Source: Mustelus asterias
Taxonomy: Eukaryota
NCBI RefSeq assembly: GCF_964213995.1
Contig: NC_135815.1
Span: forward strand, 10,354,001-10,418,000
DNA length: 64,000 nt
Direction: 5' to 3'
Below are positions 1-11,500 of the stretch, in pieces. The notes beneath the pieces were generated by a model. That model worked only from the letters and a program-made list of their open reading frames with translations, had not been told where the DNA came from and ran no database searches. Every line of letters starts with the position of its first letter. Position 1 is the first letter of the stretch. The translations under genes and the position numbers were made by a program.

Positions 1-462
1 GAGAGAATAGAGCCAACATCTCAAGTCTGGAAGATTTGAAACATTAGCTGTATTCTCACTGCAGAATGGTTACAGCACCGAAGGAGGCCGGGATTCCGAG
101 TGCCTTATTAACTTTTTAAATGCCTGTCCTGACACCTTCAATGGTTTGTTCACACATATCTCCAGGTTAGAAATTGCACTTTTTATTTTGTATTTCTTTT
201 CCTTGCTCTTCCTCCCAAAATGTCTCGCTTCAACTTCGTCATAGTACGTAAGCGATTGAGAATTTAATGAGCTCAACCTGACAAAATACGATCCATGAAG
301 CGTAACGTAGAGTGCGGCAAACCCTTTGGTTTTATGAGGTAAATTTAGACCTGCATTTTGCAAATGGTTCTAATTATTTGCATGCTGAAATGTTCATAAT
401 CGTGCAATCCTTTTATTGTTTTATACTTTATTTTTACTGTCCATAATTATTTTATGGATTGT

Positions 463-619
463 GGGCCAGGATTTAATGCCCCCCCCCCCCTCCCCCACCC
501 CCGCTCAGTGGGATGTGACATTCCTGCCATTGTAAACGGCAGTTTAAATGGCCGCCACATCCACTGGCGTTGGGGGAGACACACAGTGGGGGAGGAGGGG
601 CAGTGTAAAATCCTGTCCC
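463..619. mobile_element. MITE-like element with short imperfect TIRs (possibly PIF/Harbinger-derived)
   Basis: Ends GGGCCAGGATTTAA ... TAAAATCCTGTCCC; GC-rich body; same TIR type recurs at 50623, 51678 and 63879. Confidence 0.5.
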
Positions 620-664
620 TGATTTCTTGTTTTATTTGTACACTCATCATCATTTGACACTTGC

Positions 665-940
665 TGTCTTTTCACTTGTCCATCTATCTTCTCTGCATTT
701 AAATTTCATCTGCCACCCATCCGCCCATTCCACCAGCCTGTCTCTGTCCTCTTCAAGTCCATCACTTTCATAGAAAGAAATCATAGAAACCCTACAGTGC
801 AGAAGGAGGCCACTCAGCCCATTGAGCTGGCACCGACCACAATCCCACCCAGGCCCTATCCCTGTAATTTCCTCCTCACGCTTCACAACACTTCCAGGTT
901 TTGTGTCATTTGCAAATGTTTACATTGTTCCCTGTACACA
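665..940 (-). mobile_element. Degenerate CR1 LINE RT fragment split by an HE1 SINE tail (769-867)
   Basis: Minus strand reads FANDTKPGSVV and LEEDRDRLVEWADGWQMKF, matching the intact CR1 ORF at 29773-31179. Confidence 0.7.
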
Positions 941-947
941 CAAGACT

Positions 948-1640
948 AGGGTGGAATTCTCCCATTTTGAGTTGAAGTGCCGCGGTGGCTGTGGAGATTG
1001 GTGGAAAAAACACAATGAATCTTCCGACCCCAATCTCATTCGTTACGCAGCCAGGTGTTTCACACCGTATTCAGTGGAGGGACCCGATTGGTGCGTAATC
1101 CGCTGTCCTATCCGGGTGTCATATTGAAAAGGTGTCCAACATCACTGATACACTGTCGAAGATAGAAGGTGGATAACTGAAAAATGAAGATGGATTTCTG
1201 GGAACCAGCAGATAAATTTCCCGGAACATCCTGAGGCTGGAAGATGGACACCTTCCAGGACGTTGGAAGCTCCATCTTCAGTTGCTCACCCCCACCCGCT
1301 TCTGTTGTGTTCCGGAACTCCGGGAGTCAGCGCCAGGCATCGTTCAGGTGAGTCCATGTTGTTCCACACGTGCTTCACGCTGGCGTGTGATCCCACCGGC
1401 TTCACGGAGAATCTGGTGTGGGGGGATCGGGTCTTCACCAGCATCCCATTAACGGGATGCAAATGAGATGCATGCCAGTTTCTAGCGGGTTTTCCGACAT
1501 GCCATGGCGGGCACCAGTGGAAGATCCCGCTGTAAATTCATGCTGGTGTGATACCAATTTCGATGCAGCCCACGACATTCTCCCCCCGCCCCCCATCCTG
1601 GCCAGCCATCAAACCCGTTGCTGGGAGCTCGGGAGGGTTC
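948..1640. mobile_element. GC-rich interspersed repeat, possible non-autonomous DNA transposon remnant
   Basis: Starts GGGTGGAATTCTCC, like the TIRs of the MITE-like family; no ORF recognised. Confidence 0.3.
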
Positions 1641-2636
1641 CGCCCTGGGTCATTGATATAGATCAAGAAAAACAGTGCCCCCCAACACCAACCCCTGGGG
1701 AACTCTGCCTTCCTCCTGTCTGTTTATTAGTTGTAAAGATATTGAAGACGGGAGAAACAAAAGAATGTTTGACCCACAGCCAAGAACGACCCAAGTAAGT
1801 GGTGAGAAATCTATTCAGTTTGTGACCAGGATAGGAAGGCAGGACAGAGCTAGGACGGATATATTGAGCAGCCAATGGTGGGATTATACGGGCAGCATGA
1901 TTGGAGGAAAAGGTCATGTGATGAAACCTCCAAGAAAGCAACCCTCAAAATAAAAGTCATTTGAGTTTTGATGCGAAGCCAATTTCTCTTGCGGTTGAAG
2001 AATGAAGCAGCAGGAAGTCTCGTGTGTCATTAACTTGCTGCACCCTTGGCAGCGCCAAAAAACCAGGTTTTTCCCCGACATATTACCAGCTAACAAGCAC
2101 CTCACGTGAAGGAGGCTTAGCCTCCGTGACTAGCTTGTTGGCTACAATTAGATGGAACAGCTCATTGCTGTGTTGCAGCTTAATGTTGTAGTTGGTAAAT
2201 AATGCCTGTAAATTAAGGACACGATAATTAGTTTCTTAATTGACCAGTAATTACCTACAGCTGTAGTTTCCTTGTCCCGTTTACAAATGAATGCATCTGT
2301 GTTGTTTTCACACCAATTTAGGATGTTTACAAAATGTAAATAGTCACATGATTCACACAATGATGGGCAAAATAGGGTTTTCACCTGATGAAATCTTTCA
2401 CTCCCGTTTTCTCTTCCTTACTCATTGAAGTCCCAGAATTTTGTTTACACGATATGATTTGGTGCAAAAGAGATTCTGCTCTCACTTTATGTGGAATTAC
2501 ATAGAAGATACAACACGGAAACGGACCATTCAGCCCACACAGGTCAATGTTCCACATCTGCTTCCTCCCACCCCCTACTTCATCTCACCCTACCAGCATT
2601 TCCTTTTTCTCTCGGCTGTTAATCTAGCTTAGGCTG

Positions 2637-2906
2637 TGGCACGGTGGCACAGTGGTTAGCATTGCTGCCTCACAGCGCCAGGGACTCAGGTTCAATTCCC
2701 GGCTTGGGTCACTGTCTGTGCAGAGTCTACACGTTCTCCCCATGTCTGCGTGGGTTTCCTCCGCGTGCTCCGGTTTCCTCCCACAGTCCGAAGGACGTGC
2801 TGGCTAGGTACATTGGCCATGCTAAATTCTCCCTCAGTGTACCCGAGCAGGCGCCAGAATGTGGCGGCTCGGGGATTTTCACAGTGGCTTCATTGCAAGC
2901 CTGCTT
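2637..2906 (+). mobile_element. V-SINE, HE1 head/core with alternative tail (type B)
   Basis: A box TGGCACAGTGG, B box GGTTCAATTCCC, V core, tail CAGGCGCC..GTGGCG..GGGGATTTTCACAGT. Confidence 0.85.
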
Positions 2907-3240
2907 ATCATAGAAACCCTACAGTGCAGAAGGAGGCCATTGGGCCCATCGAGTCTGCACCGACCACAATCCCACCCAGGCCCTACCCCCACATATTTAC
3001 CCACTAATCCCACTAACCTACGCATCACAGGACTCTAAGGGGCAATTTTTAACCTGGCCAATCAACCTAACCCGCACATCTTTGGACTGTGGGAGGAAAC
3101 CGGAGCACCCGGAGGAAACCCACGCAGACACGAGGAGAATGTGCAAACTCCACACAGACAGTGACCCGAGCCGGGAATCGAACCTGGGACCCTGGAGCTG
3201 TGAAGCAGCAGTGTTAACCACTGTGCTACCGTGCCACCCC
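2907..3240 (-). mobile_element. HE1-type V-SINE (CR1-like tail, type A)
   Basis: tRNA-like head, core GTCTGCGTGGGTTTCCTCCGGGTGCTCCGGTTTCCTCCCACA, tail GGCCTCCTTCTGCACTGTAGGGTTTCTATG. Confidence 0.9.
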
Positions 3241-3399
3241 ACAAGTGTCTGCTCCACATCACCGAGAAATGCTTGTGAGACTAATGAATAAACTTTAAAA
3301 TATGTCTCGGCCTTATTAACCTGAACAACTCCATATGGTAATCACTCTCTGGGTAAGGATATGTTTCCCACATTCCCCTGTTGTCTGTGACTTTCTTGT

Positions 3400-3612
3400 G
3401 GTTGGCTCCGATGGCTGGATGGCTGATTTGTGATGCAGCGTGACGCCAACAGCGCGCGTTCAATTCCCGTACTGGCTGAGGTTATTCACGAAGACCCCGT
3501 TTTCTCGACCTTGCCCCTCGCCTGAGGTGTGGTGATCCTCAGGTTAAATCACCACCAGTCAGCTCTCTCTCAAAGGGGAAAGCAGCCTATGGTCCTCTGA
3601 GACTGTGGTGAT
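3400..3612 (+). mobile_element. tRNA-derived SINE, third family
   Basis: B-box-like GTTCAATTCCC; body ACCTTGCCCCTCGCCTGAGGTGTGGTGATCCTCAGGTTAAATCACCACCAGTC shared with 15243-15470. Confidence 0.65.
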
Positions 3613-3828
3613 ATTTTGTTTCACATACTTGGCCTCCAGCTTTGGAGCAGAATAATCTCTCCCATGTTTACCTTATCAAACCTTTCCGCAATCTTTGAGT
3701 CTCTGATCACGTCATTCCCCAGCTTTTTCCTGCTTTAGCTGGTGGTATCCTGCTCTAAGTATTCATATCTATAACATGGCAGGCCAGAAGAGGAACCTTG
3801 TCATCTTATAGATTTTTAAATTCTTTTC

Positions 3829-4178
3829 CTTTATTCATTCGTGGGACATGGGCGTCGCTGGCTGGCCAGCATTTATTGCCCATCCCAAAATGCCCAAGGG
3901 CAGTTGCGAGTCAACCATATTGCTGTGGCTCTGGAGTCACATGTAGGCCAGACCGGATAAGGTCAGATTTCCTTCCCTAAAGGACTTCAGTGACCCAGAT
4001 GGGTTTTTCCAACAATCAAAAATGGTTTCATGGTCATCAGTAGATCCTTAATTCCAGATTTTTTTTATTGAATTCAAATTCGAATTCCACCATGGCGGGA
4101 TTCGAACCCGAGTCCCCAGAACAATCGTTGAGTTTCTGGATTAATAGTCTAACGATAATACCACGAGGCCATCGCCTC
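3829..4178 (-). mobile_element. tRNA-derived SINE, family 2
   Basis: B box GGGTTCGAATCCC; body AAAACCCATCTGG..TTTAGGGAAGGAAATCTG; tail GGGATGGGCAATAAATGCTGG. Confidence 0.85.
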
Positions 4179-4499
4179 TGTCACTTGCCTCTTTAGCTTC
4201 CAACCTCTATCTGTGGTAGAATAACTCAGACAGCAACTTACCACAAATGATTTAAGTTTAACCTGTTCACTAAATTGGCTCGAAGGGAATTAACTCCTTC
4301 CCCACTCCCTGCCCATTTACACTCTAACCCGCCCCACCTCAGACCATGTACTCTGTAGATTCAATCTCTGCTGGCTGAAGCTGAGGAATCATGGGAAGTT
4401 AATAAGGAGAATATTGATGCAAGGGATCCCTTGCCTGGATTGCATGATCGCTTTATCTAACATTCAGAGGCTGTTTGTAACAGCAGTGGGGCATAAAAA

Positions 4500-4735
4500 G
4501 AAGAAAAAACAAAGAAAATTACAGCACAGGAACAGGCCCTTTGGCCCTCCAAGCCTGCACTGACCATGCTGCCTGACTGAACTAAACCCCCCCCCCCCCC
4601 TTTCCAGGGACCATATCCCTCTGTTCCCATCCTAAGCATGTATTTGTCCAGACGCCCCTTAAAAGTCACGATCGTATCCGCTTCCACTACCTCCCCCAGC
4701 AGCGGGTTCCAGGCACCCACCACCCTCTGTGTAAA
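4500..4735 (-). mobile_element. CR1 LINE 3' end
   Basis: FTQRVVGAWNPL..FKGRLDKYM plus 3'UTR; near-identical to 20788-21175. Confidence 0.85.
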
Positions 4736-5049
4736 CATGAAGGTCAAGGAAGTAACACAAAAGCCACCGAGACCCAGGGCATTCAGATTAGGCTGTGGGA
4801 CATTGGAACGGAAAAACTTAACCCGCCCCTGCCCAATTCCTTTGTCATGATGTGGAGATGTGGACAATTCCTTTGTCACAGAGTTGGCACTCCATTTATT
4901 TTAAGGCATTAAACATATGTGTACCTGCGTATGTGTCCTGTGTACTGTAATATTTCTGGGATATTCCCTGGTGGGCAGTCACAGTCATCCCACATAACTC
5001 TCAAATAAAGCTGCTGATTGTGTGGGTAAAGGAAGGGTTAATATTCCTG

Positions 5050-5510
5050 CCCATATCCCATCCTCCCTCATTCCTGTGCTCGTTCACCTCTATGGTCTCA
5101 GGCTGAGCAACGCATCGATTTTAAGAATTCTTACCCGTGCATTCAAATCCCCCCTACATGGATCCACCCCTTCCCTATCTCTGCCATCTCCTCCCCTTCC
5201 AACATATCCGCTCTCCCTCAATTCTGGCATTCTGACCCATTTCGAATTGTGGCCGATCCACCAGTGGTGGCTGAGCCTTCAGTTACCCAGACGCTCAACT
5301 CTGGAATTCCTTCCCCAAACCTCTCTGCCTCCCTGCCTCCCTTTCCTCCTTTAAGGTGTTCCTTAAAACCTATCTCCATAACCAACCCTTTGGCGATCCG
5401 TCTGAGTATCCCTTTATGTGGCTCTGTGTCAAATTTGGTAATCACTCCAGTGAAGATGTCCGGAGGACACTTCTATGGCATCAAAGGCACAACATAAATG
5501 CAAGTTGTTG
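5050..5510 (+). mobile_element. Degenerate L2-like LINE 3' end
   Basis: GCCTTCAG..CTCTGGAATTCCTTCCC motif and tail ending ATAAATGCAAGTTGTTGTT. Confidence 0.5.
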
Positions 5511-6332
5511 TTACTCGGCTGAAAGCTCCTGAGAAGCTCGAAGTTTACTAAAGTGAGAAAGTCCCAATTTTTGTGTCAATGTTTTTTTCTTTCTAGAACC
5601 ATAGAAAATTACAGCTCAGAAACAGGCCTTTTGGCCCTTCTTGTCTGTGCCGAACCATTTTTTGCCTAGTCCCACTGACCTGCACTTGGACCATATCCCT
5701 CCACACCCCTCTCATCCATGAACCCGTCCAAGCTTTTCTTAAATTTTCTTAAATTTTCTAATTTAAACCTTGCCAAGGAATCTTCCGTGGTAAGGGAAAA
5801 GGTCACTCTGAAAGAACTGCAGAGAGAGAGGGAGAGGGAGAGAGTGCACAGCAGCTGCCTGTAGTGGCCTGACGCTGAATACTGCCACCTTTTCTCCCGG
5901 GGTCACACGCACTGTTTGTCCAGAGCCCCCACAGGCTTTTCACACTCTCTTTTATTTTTCCGTTTCTCTCTCTCTCTCTTTCCCTAAATGAAAGCCGTAG
6001 TCAAGCTAGAGGGCAAGCCAGGCCATAATACTCTTCCCTGCACCTGCTAGCTGCAAGGACACCTGCCAAAGCTATGGCTTAAAGTCTGATCGCAGCTACT
6101 GGGAAGTAAATCTTGTTCCCAATTTACCACTGCAGCATTCTGCAGCAGTTGTCGATGTTTGTGATATTGTTGTGAAAATGTCTCTCGTTTTCTCTCCCTT
6201 GGAGGTAACGAGACAGATCAACGAATACGATATTTAAATCTGCAGGAATGTCGATCAACTGTCAGTAACTAGAAAGGGCATGTTATTTTTCTGATTGAGG
6301 TTTCCACGGTAATGGTAGCGAAAGGAGTGGAA

Positions 6333-6642
6333 GGGCAGCCAGCATAATTAAAGACCCCACGCACCCCGGACATTCCCTCTTCCACCTTCTTCCGTCGGGA
6401 CAAAGATGCAAAGGTCTGAGGTCACGTACCAACCGACTCAAGAACGGCTTCTTCCCTGCTGCCATCAGGCTTTTGAATGGACCTACCTCGCATTAAGTTG
6501 ATCTTTCTCTACACCCTAGCTATGACTGTAACACTACATTCTGCACCCTCTCCTTTCCTTCTCTATGAACGCTATGCTTTGCATAGCGCGGAAGAAACAA
6601 TACTTTTCACTGTGTCCCAATACATATGACAATAATAAATCA
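6333..6642 (+). mobile_element. Rex1/Babar LINE 3' end
   Basis: AASIIKDPTHPGHSLFHLLPSG..RSRTNRLKNGFFPAAIRLLN; tail ATGACAATAATAAATC. Confidence 0.85.
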
Positions 6643-6769
6643 ACAATAAACCACAATTTGAAGAGTGTGCAATTCAAAGGGGGCACCATGTTTGCCTTTG
6701 GAAACCTATGGGATTTTTAAAATTCAAAATATCTAAATCCAGTTGCACAAGGTGAGGTTATGAATACGC

Positions 6770-6976
6770 TAAATGTGTGGGATTGTGGGGATAGGGGCTG
6801 GGGATGGGATTGTTGTTGGTGCAGACTCCATGGGCCAAATGGCCTCCTTCTGCACTGTAGGGATTCTACGAACCCTCCAACAATTTCTACACTCCTCCAG
6901 TTCCGGCCTCCCATGATTCTCATTCACCAATGGTGGCCGTGCCTTCAGCTGCCTGAGCCCTGACCTCCTGAACCCT
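6770..6976 (+). repeat. Inverted local copy (207 bp) of 7299-7505 (HE1 tail plus its 3' flank)
   Basis: Reverse complement match with about 3 mismatches; near-identical antisense ORF translations in the track. Confidence 0.95.
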
Positions 6977-7405
6977 AATGAAACACTTCAAACCACTCCA
7001 CATCGTGAATTATCTCTGGAGCACAGTAGCATTGTTATGAAGGCAATTGTGGCAGCCATTCAACATTGACTGCTGCCTCCTGGCTGTTTAATGCTCTGAA
7101 TCAAAACCAAATCAAATCAACAACAGCAACTTGTTTTATGTGACACCTTCAACTTTGTGAAAAATGCCAGGGCGGGCGAGCAAACTAAATCCAGCACTGG
7201 GCCACCAGGAGGAGTCGATCAAGCAGGTGCTTCAGTGAGAGGTTTTATGGAGTGCCATTGACGAGGAGAGAGAGAGAGAGCTGGAGAGGTTTAAGGAAAG
7301 GGTTCAGGAGGTCAGGGCTCAGGCAGCTGAAGGCACGGCCACCATTGGTGAATGAGAATCATGGGAGGCCGGAACTGGAGGAGTGTAGAAATTGTTGGAG
7401 GGTTC

Positions 7406-7741
7406 GTAGAATCCCTACAGTGCAGAAGGAGGCCATTCGGCCCATTGAGTCTGCACCAACAACAATCCCACCCCCAGCCCCTATCCCCACAATCCCACAC
7501 ATTTATCCCGCTAATCCCTCTAACCTATACATCCTGGGACACTAAGGGGCAATTTAGCATGGCCAATCAATCTAACCCGCACATCTTTGGAGTGTGGGAG
7601 GAAACCGGAGCACCCGGAGGAAACCCACGCAGGCACGGGGAGAACGTGCAGACTCTGCACAGACAGTCACCCAAGCCGGGAATTGAACCGAGATCCCTGG
7701 AGCTGTGAGGCAGCAGTGCTAACCAATGTGCCGCCATGCTG
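7406..7741 (-). mobile_element. HE1 V-SINE (type A)
   Basis: Head, core and CR1-like tail. Confidence 0.9.
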
Positions 7742-7804
7742 CCATGAGGGGGGCCTGGAGGATGTTACGACGGCAAGAAGGGGAACACCATAGTGAGGTT
7801 GCAA

Positions 7805-8036
7805 CGTGGGTTTCCTCCGGGTGCTCCAATTTCCTCCCACACTCCAAAGATGTGCGGGTTAGATTGATTGGCCGTGCTAAATTGACCCTAGGTTCGGGCA
7901 ATGTAAATATGTGGGATTATGGGGATAGGGTGAGATTGTTGTCGGTGCAGGCTCGATGGGCTGAATGGCCTCTGTACTGTAGGGATTCTATGATTCTGGT
8001 GTGGGACAAGGGTGCCTGTATCTCCTTAATCCCACA
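7805..8036 (+). repeat. Direct local copy of 9527-9772 (HE1 3' half plus 41 bp of flank)
   Basis: Shared SINE deletions; flank 36/41 identical. Confidence 0.8.
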
Positions 8037-8226
8037 TTTGAACATTTTCAAATCTGAGGCATTGCTGGGACTGGGAGGCAATCTGGACCAGTGAGCACAG
8101 GGGTGAAGTGTATGTGTGCAAAGGGGTTTCTGAAGTTAGTACCCCACCACAATAATAATCCCATTTCCACTATATACAGATCAGAGCCTTGCAGATTGTT
8201 CATTCAAAGCAGTGATTGCCGAGTAA

Positions 8227-8573
8227 GGGGAGGCAGTGGCGTAGTGGTATCGTCACTGGACTAGTAATCCAGAGACCCAGGGTACTGCTCTGGGGGCCTG
8301 GGTTGAAATCCCGCCGTGGCAGATGGTGAAATTTGAATTCATTAAAAATCTGAAATTAAAAGTTTAATGATGACCATTAACAATTGTTGATTGTTGTAAA
8401 AACCCACCTAATTCACTTCCTTTAGGGAAGGAAATCTGCCATCCTTACCTGGTCTGGCTTACATGTAACTCCAGACTCACAGCAATGTGGTTGACTCTCA
8501 AACACCCTCAGGGATAGGCAATAAATGCTGGCCTGGCCAGCGACGCCCGTGTCCCATAATCGAATTAAAAAAA
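8227..8573 (+). mobile_element. tRNA-derived SINE, family 2
   Basis: A box TGGCGTAGTGG, B-box-like GGTTGAAATCCC, family body and tail. Confidence 0.85.
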
Positions 8574-8929
8574 GGTAACCCGTGAAGCAGGGTTGGCAGT
8601 GCTCTGAGAATTAAAAATCAATCTCCTGGACCTTTGCTATGAGTGACCCCAGAATGAAAATCATAGAGGATTATAAAAAAAAATGGTGGCAGTAGATTAG
8701 CCTCTGTTGTTCAGCGGGGTCGGAAATTATCACTCTGTCTCCTCTTTTGCCCAATTGTAGTTTTGGTCTGAACAGAACATGCACTGCCCACTGCCCGGAT
8801 GCTCAGGTGGGGTCTAGCGAGGTGACTGGCAGCACATGTTGCATCCTCCTTGCTCCCTTTAAAGGCAATCTGCCCCTCTTATAGGAGGCTGGCACTCAGT
8901 GAAAGGATTCTGCTGCATTTAGGAGCGGT

Positions 8930-9800
8930 ATAAATGGAACTCCCAGAAGAGAAGGCTGCTATGTTGATGGGTGTGACATGAGGGAGGCCACGCTGTTACA
9001 GAGGGGACAGGAGACCCTCAGTGCCATCTTCCTAAGGGAATGAAAGTAAGCGGCCGTGGAAGTTAATGCAAGGGGTCTGACCCTGAACACCTGGCAGCAA
9101 TGCCACAAGAAGTCTAATGCCAAACCCGGTTAGTCAAGCGAATGCATCTTCACTTGATGTCTCTCACCCACTGCTCTCACACAGACCAATGGATCTCAGT
9201 CCCATCACTCAGCCACGGGAAGCCCTGGCACTCAATCCCTGTGCCTAATATCCAGATTCGTGACTCCATCCTCACACACATTGCAGTGATTATCACCAGC
9301 GCACTCAGCCCCTGCTGCTTCCACCTACCTCCAGGTATTCCAGTCTGGCACATTGCTCAAATACCTTGCAACACAATCACTGATATTCTACCCTCTTTCT
9401 TGCAGGACAAACTTGCAGAACGGTGGCACAGTGGTTAGCACTGCTGCCGCACAGCGCCAGGGACCCAGGTTCGATTCCAGCTCGGGTCACTGTCTGTGTG
9501 GAGTTTGCGCGTTCTCCCCGTGTCTGCGTGGGTTTCCTCCGGGTGCTCCGGTTTCCTCCAACATGCCAAAGATGTGCAGCTTAGGTTGATTGGCCATGCT
9601 AAATTGACCCTAGTTTCGGGGGATTAGCAGGGTAAATATGTGGGGTTATGGGGGAAGGGTGAAATTGTTGTCGGTGCAGGCTCGATGGGCTGAATGGCCA
9701 CTGTACTATAGGGATTCTATGATTCTATGAACTGGTGTGGGGCGAGGGTGCCTGCATCTCTTTAATCCTACAGAGGGGATGGTTCTTTGCTTCACAGGGC
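8930..9800 (+). pseudogene. Fossil Myb/SANT (trihelix) gene of PIF/Harbinger type, interrupted by an HE1 SINE
   Basis: 9035-9118 reads RE*K*AAVEVNARGLTLNTWQQCHKKSN; acceptor TTCTTGCAG followed by DKLA; a TG-G-like segment resumes after the SINE. Confidence 0.55.
9420..9729 (+). mobile_element. HE1 V-SINE (type A)
   Basis: Head, core and (ATTCTATG)n tail. Confidence 0.9.
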
Positions 9801-10295
9801 CGGCTGTGACAGATCCTATGGCAGTGGATCCTACGCAGCTGAGAAGATTGAGGAATAACATATGTTCCTCCCTTATGCCCCTTCTCAACTCCTAGCTGAT
9901 TATCATCCTGCTATGTGGCATGGTGAATAAGCTGTTGATAGTGTAACCCTGCTCTCCACCAGATCTGCTCTCCACCTGACCCTACCTCCCTCAATGCAGC
10001 CTTCCTCTTTCTGATTTCAGACACCCAAGAGCTATCCCAGCCAGCACTCCCTGGAGGAGGAGTGAGAGCAACACCACAGCACTACGAGGCTCTTGCAGCC
10101 ACTGGATCAGATACTAACATCTACCTTGGCGGCTGGTATACAGTTGGAATCTGTAACAGTGAGTTACTGGGTATAAGTGCCCTGCTGCCAGGCCAGAGGG
10201 GAAAGGATAATTTGTGTGCCTGCTCACTGGAAGGCAAGGTTCCAGATGAATTCTGCTACAGTGGAGTCAACTGAGGACCTTGAGGAGGTGGCATG

Positions 10296-10622
10296 GGTGG
10301 CACGGTGGCACAGCGGTTAGCACTGCTGCCTCACCGCGCCAGGGACCCGGGTTTGATTCCCGGCTTGGAGCACTGTCTGTGTGGAGTTTGCACATTCTCC
10401 CCATGTCTGTGTGGGATTCCTCCGGGTGCTCCGGTTTCCTCCCACCATCCAAAGATGTGCAGGTTAGGTGGATTGACCATGCTAAATTGCCCCTTAGTGT
10501 TAGGGGAACTAGCTAGGGTAAATGCATAAGGTTATGGGGATAGGGCTCGGGTGGGATTGTGGTCGGTGCAGACTCGATGGACCGAATGGCCTCCTTCTGC
10601 AATGTAGGATTCTATGATTCTA
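10296..10622 (+). mobile_element. HE1 V-SINE (type A)
   Basis: Full-length copy. Confidence 0.9.
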
Positions 10623-11220
10623 GTTGAACACCGATGATGATGCACACCGAGATGCACACTGCCAGGCCTGCCACACAGCCTCCTCTCAATAGGGAGTTTG
10701 GAGGAGCCCAGCTCCACGTTGGCAGAGGCCAAAGGGCAGAGGCTACCCTTTCCTCAACACCCGTTGCAGTCTTTGTGTGGACAGGTCACCCAATCCCCTG
10801 CCCGCTCCATGGAAAAACGCAGCGGCATTCTCAGTGGAATTCATCAACTGACTGAAACCTCTCCAGAAATGCTCCTTTGTACTTCTGAACTTTGCAATAG
10901 CAGAAATTATTCCGAGTTACCCTTACCTCCAAATTGGGTACATTTGCTTTCAATAATGCCAGGTCCATCTTGCCACTAGCACTTATTCTTTGGTAAGTGA
11001 CAACCAGAATACATCGAATGGCTCCATGTGATCCAAGCTTGTAAAAAGAATGTCCAATCAGCTGGTGCGGCAGCTTGGCACCATAGCAGTGCCAGCTGGG
11101 AGGCTTGTGGTCCATGCAGAAGATGCCAAGACAAGCGGTCTTCCCACTACAATGAATTGCGCGATGAATGCTCAAAGCAACTGCAAGCAAAGCAGGCCCC
11201 ACTCAGAGAGTAAAGGCAGC

Positions 11221-11500
11221 TAGAGTCATAGAGGTTTACAGCATGGAAACAGGCCCTTCTGCCCAACTTGTCCATGCTGCCCTTTTTTATTAACCTCTGA
11301 GCTAGTCCCAATTGCTCACCTTTGACCCATATCCCTCTATACCCATCTTACCCATGTAATTGTCTAAACGCTTTTTAAAAGACAAAATTGTACCCGCCTC
11401 TACTACTACCTTTGGCAGCTTGTTCTAGACACTCACCACCCTCTGTGTGAAAAAAATGCCCCTCTGGGCCCTTTTGTATCTCTCCCCTCTCACCTTAAAA
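11221..11500 (-). mobile_element. CR1 LINE 3' end
   Basis: FFTQRVV-type C-terminus and GAAGGGCCTGTTTCCATGCTGTAAACCTCTATGACTCTA tail on the minus strand. Confidence 0.8.
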
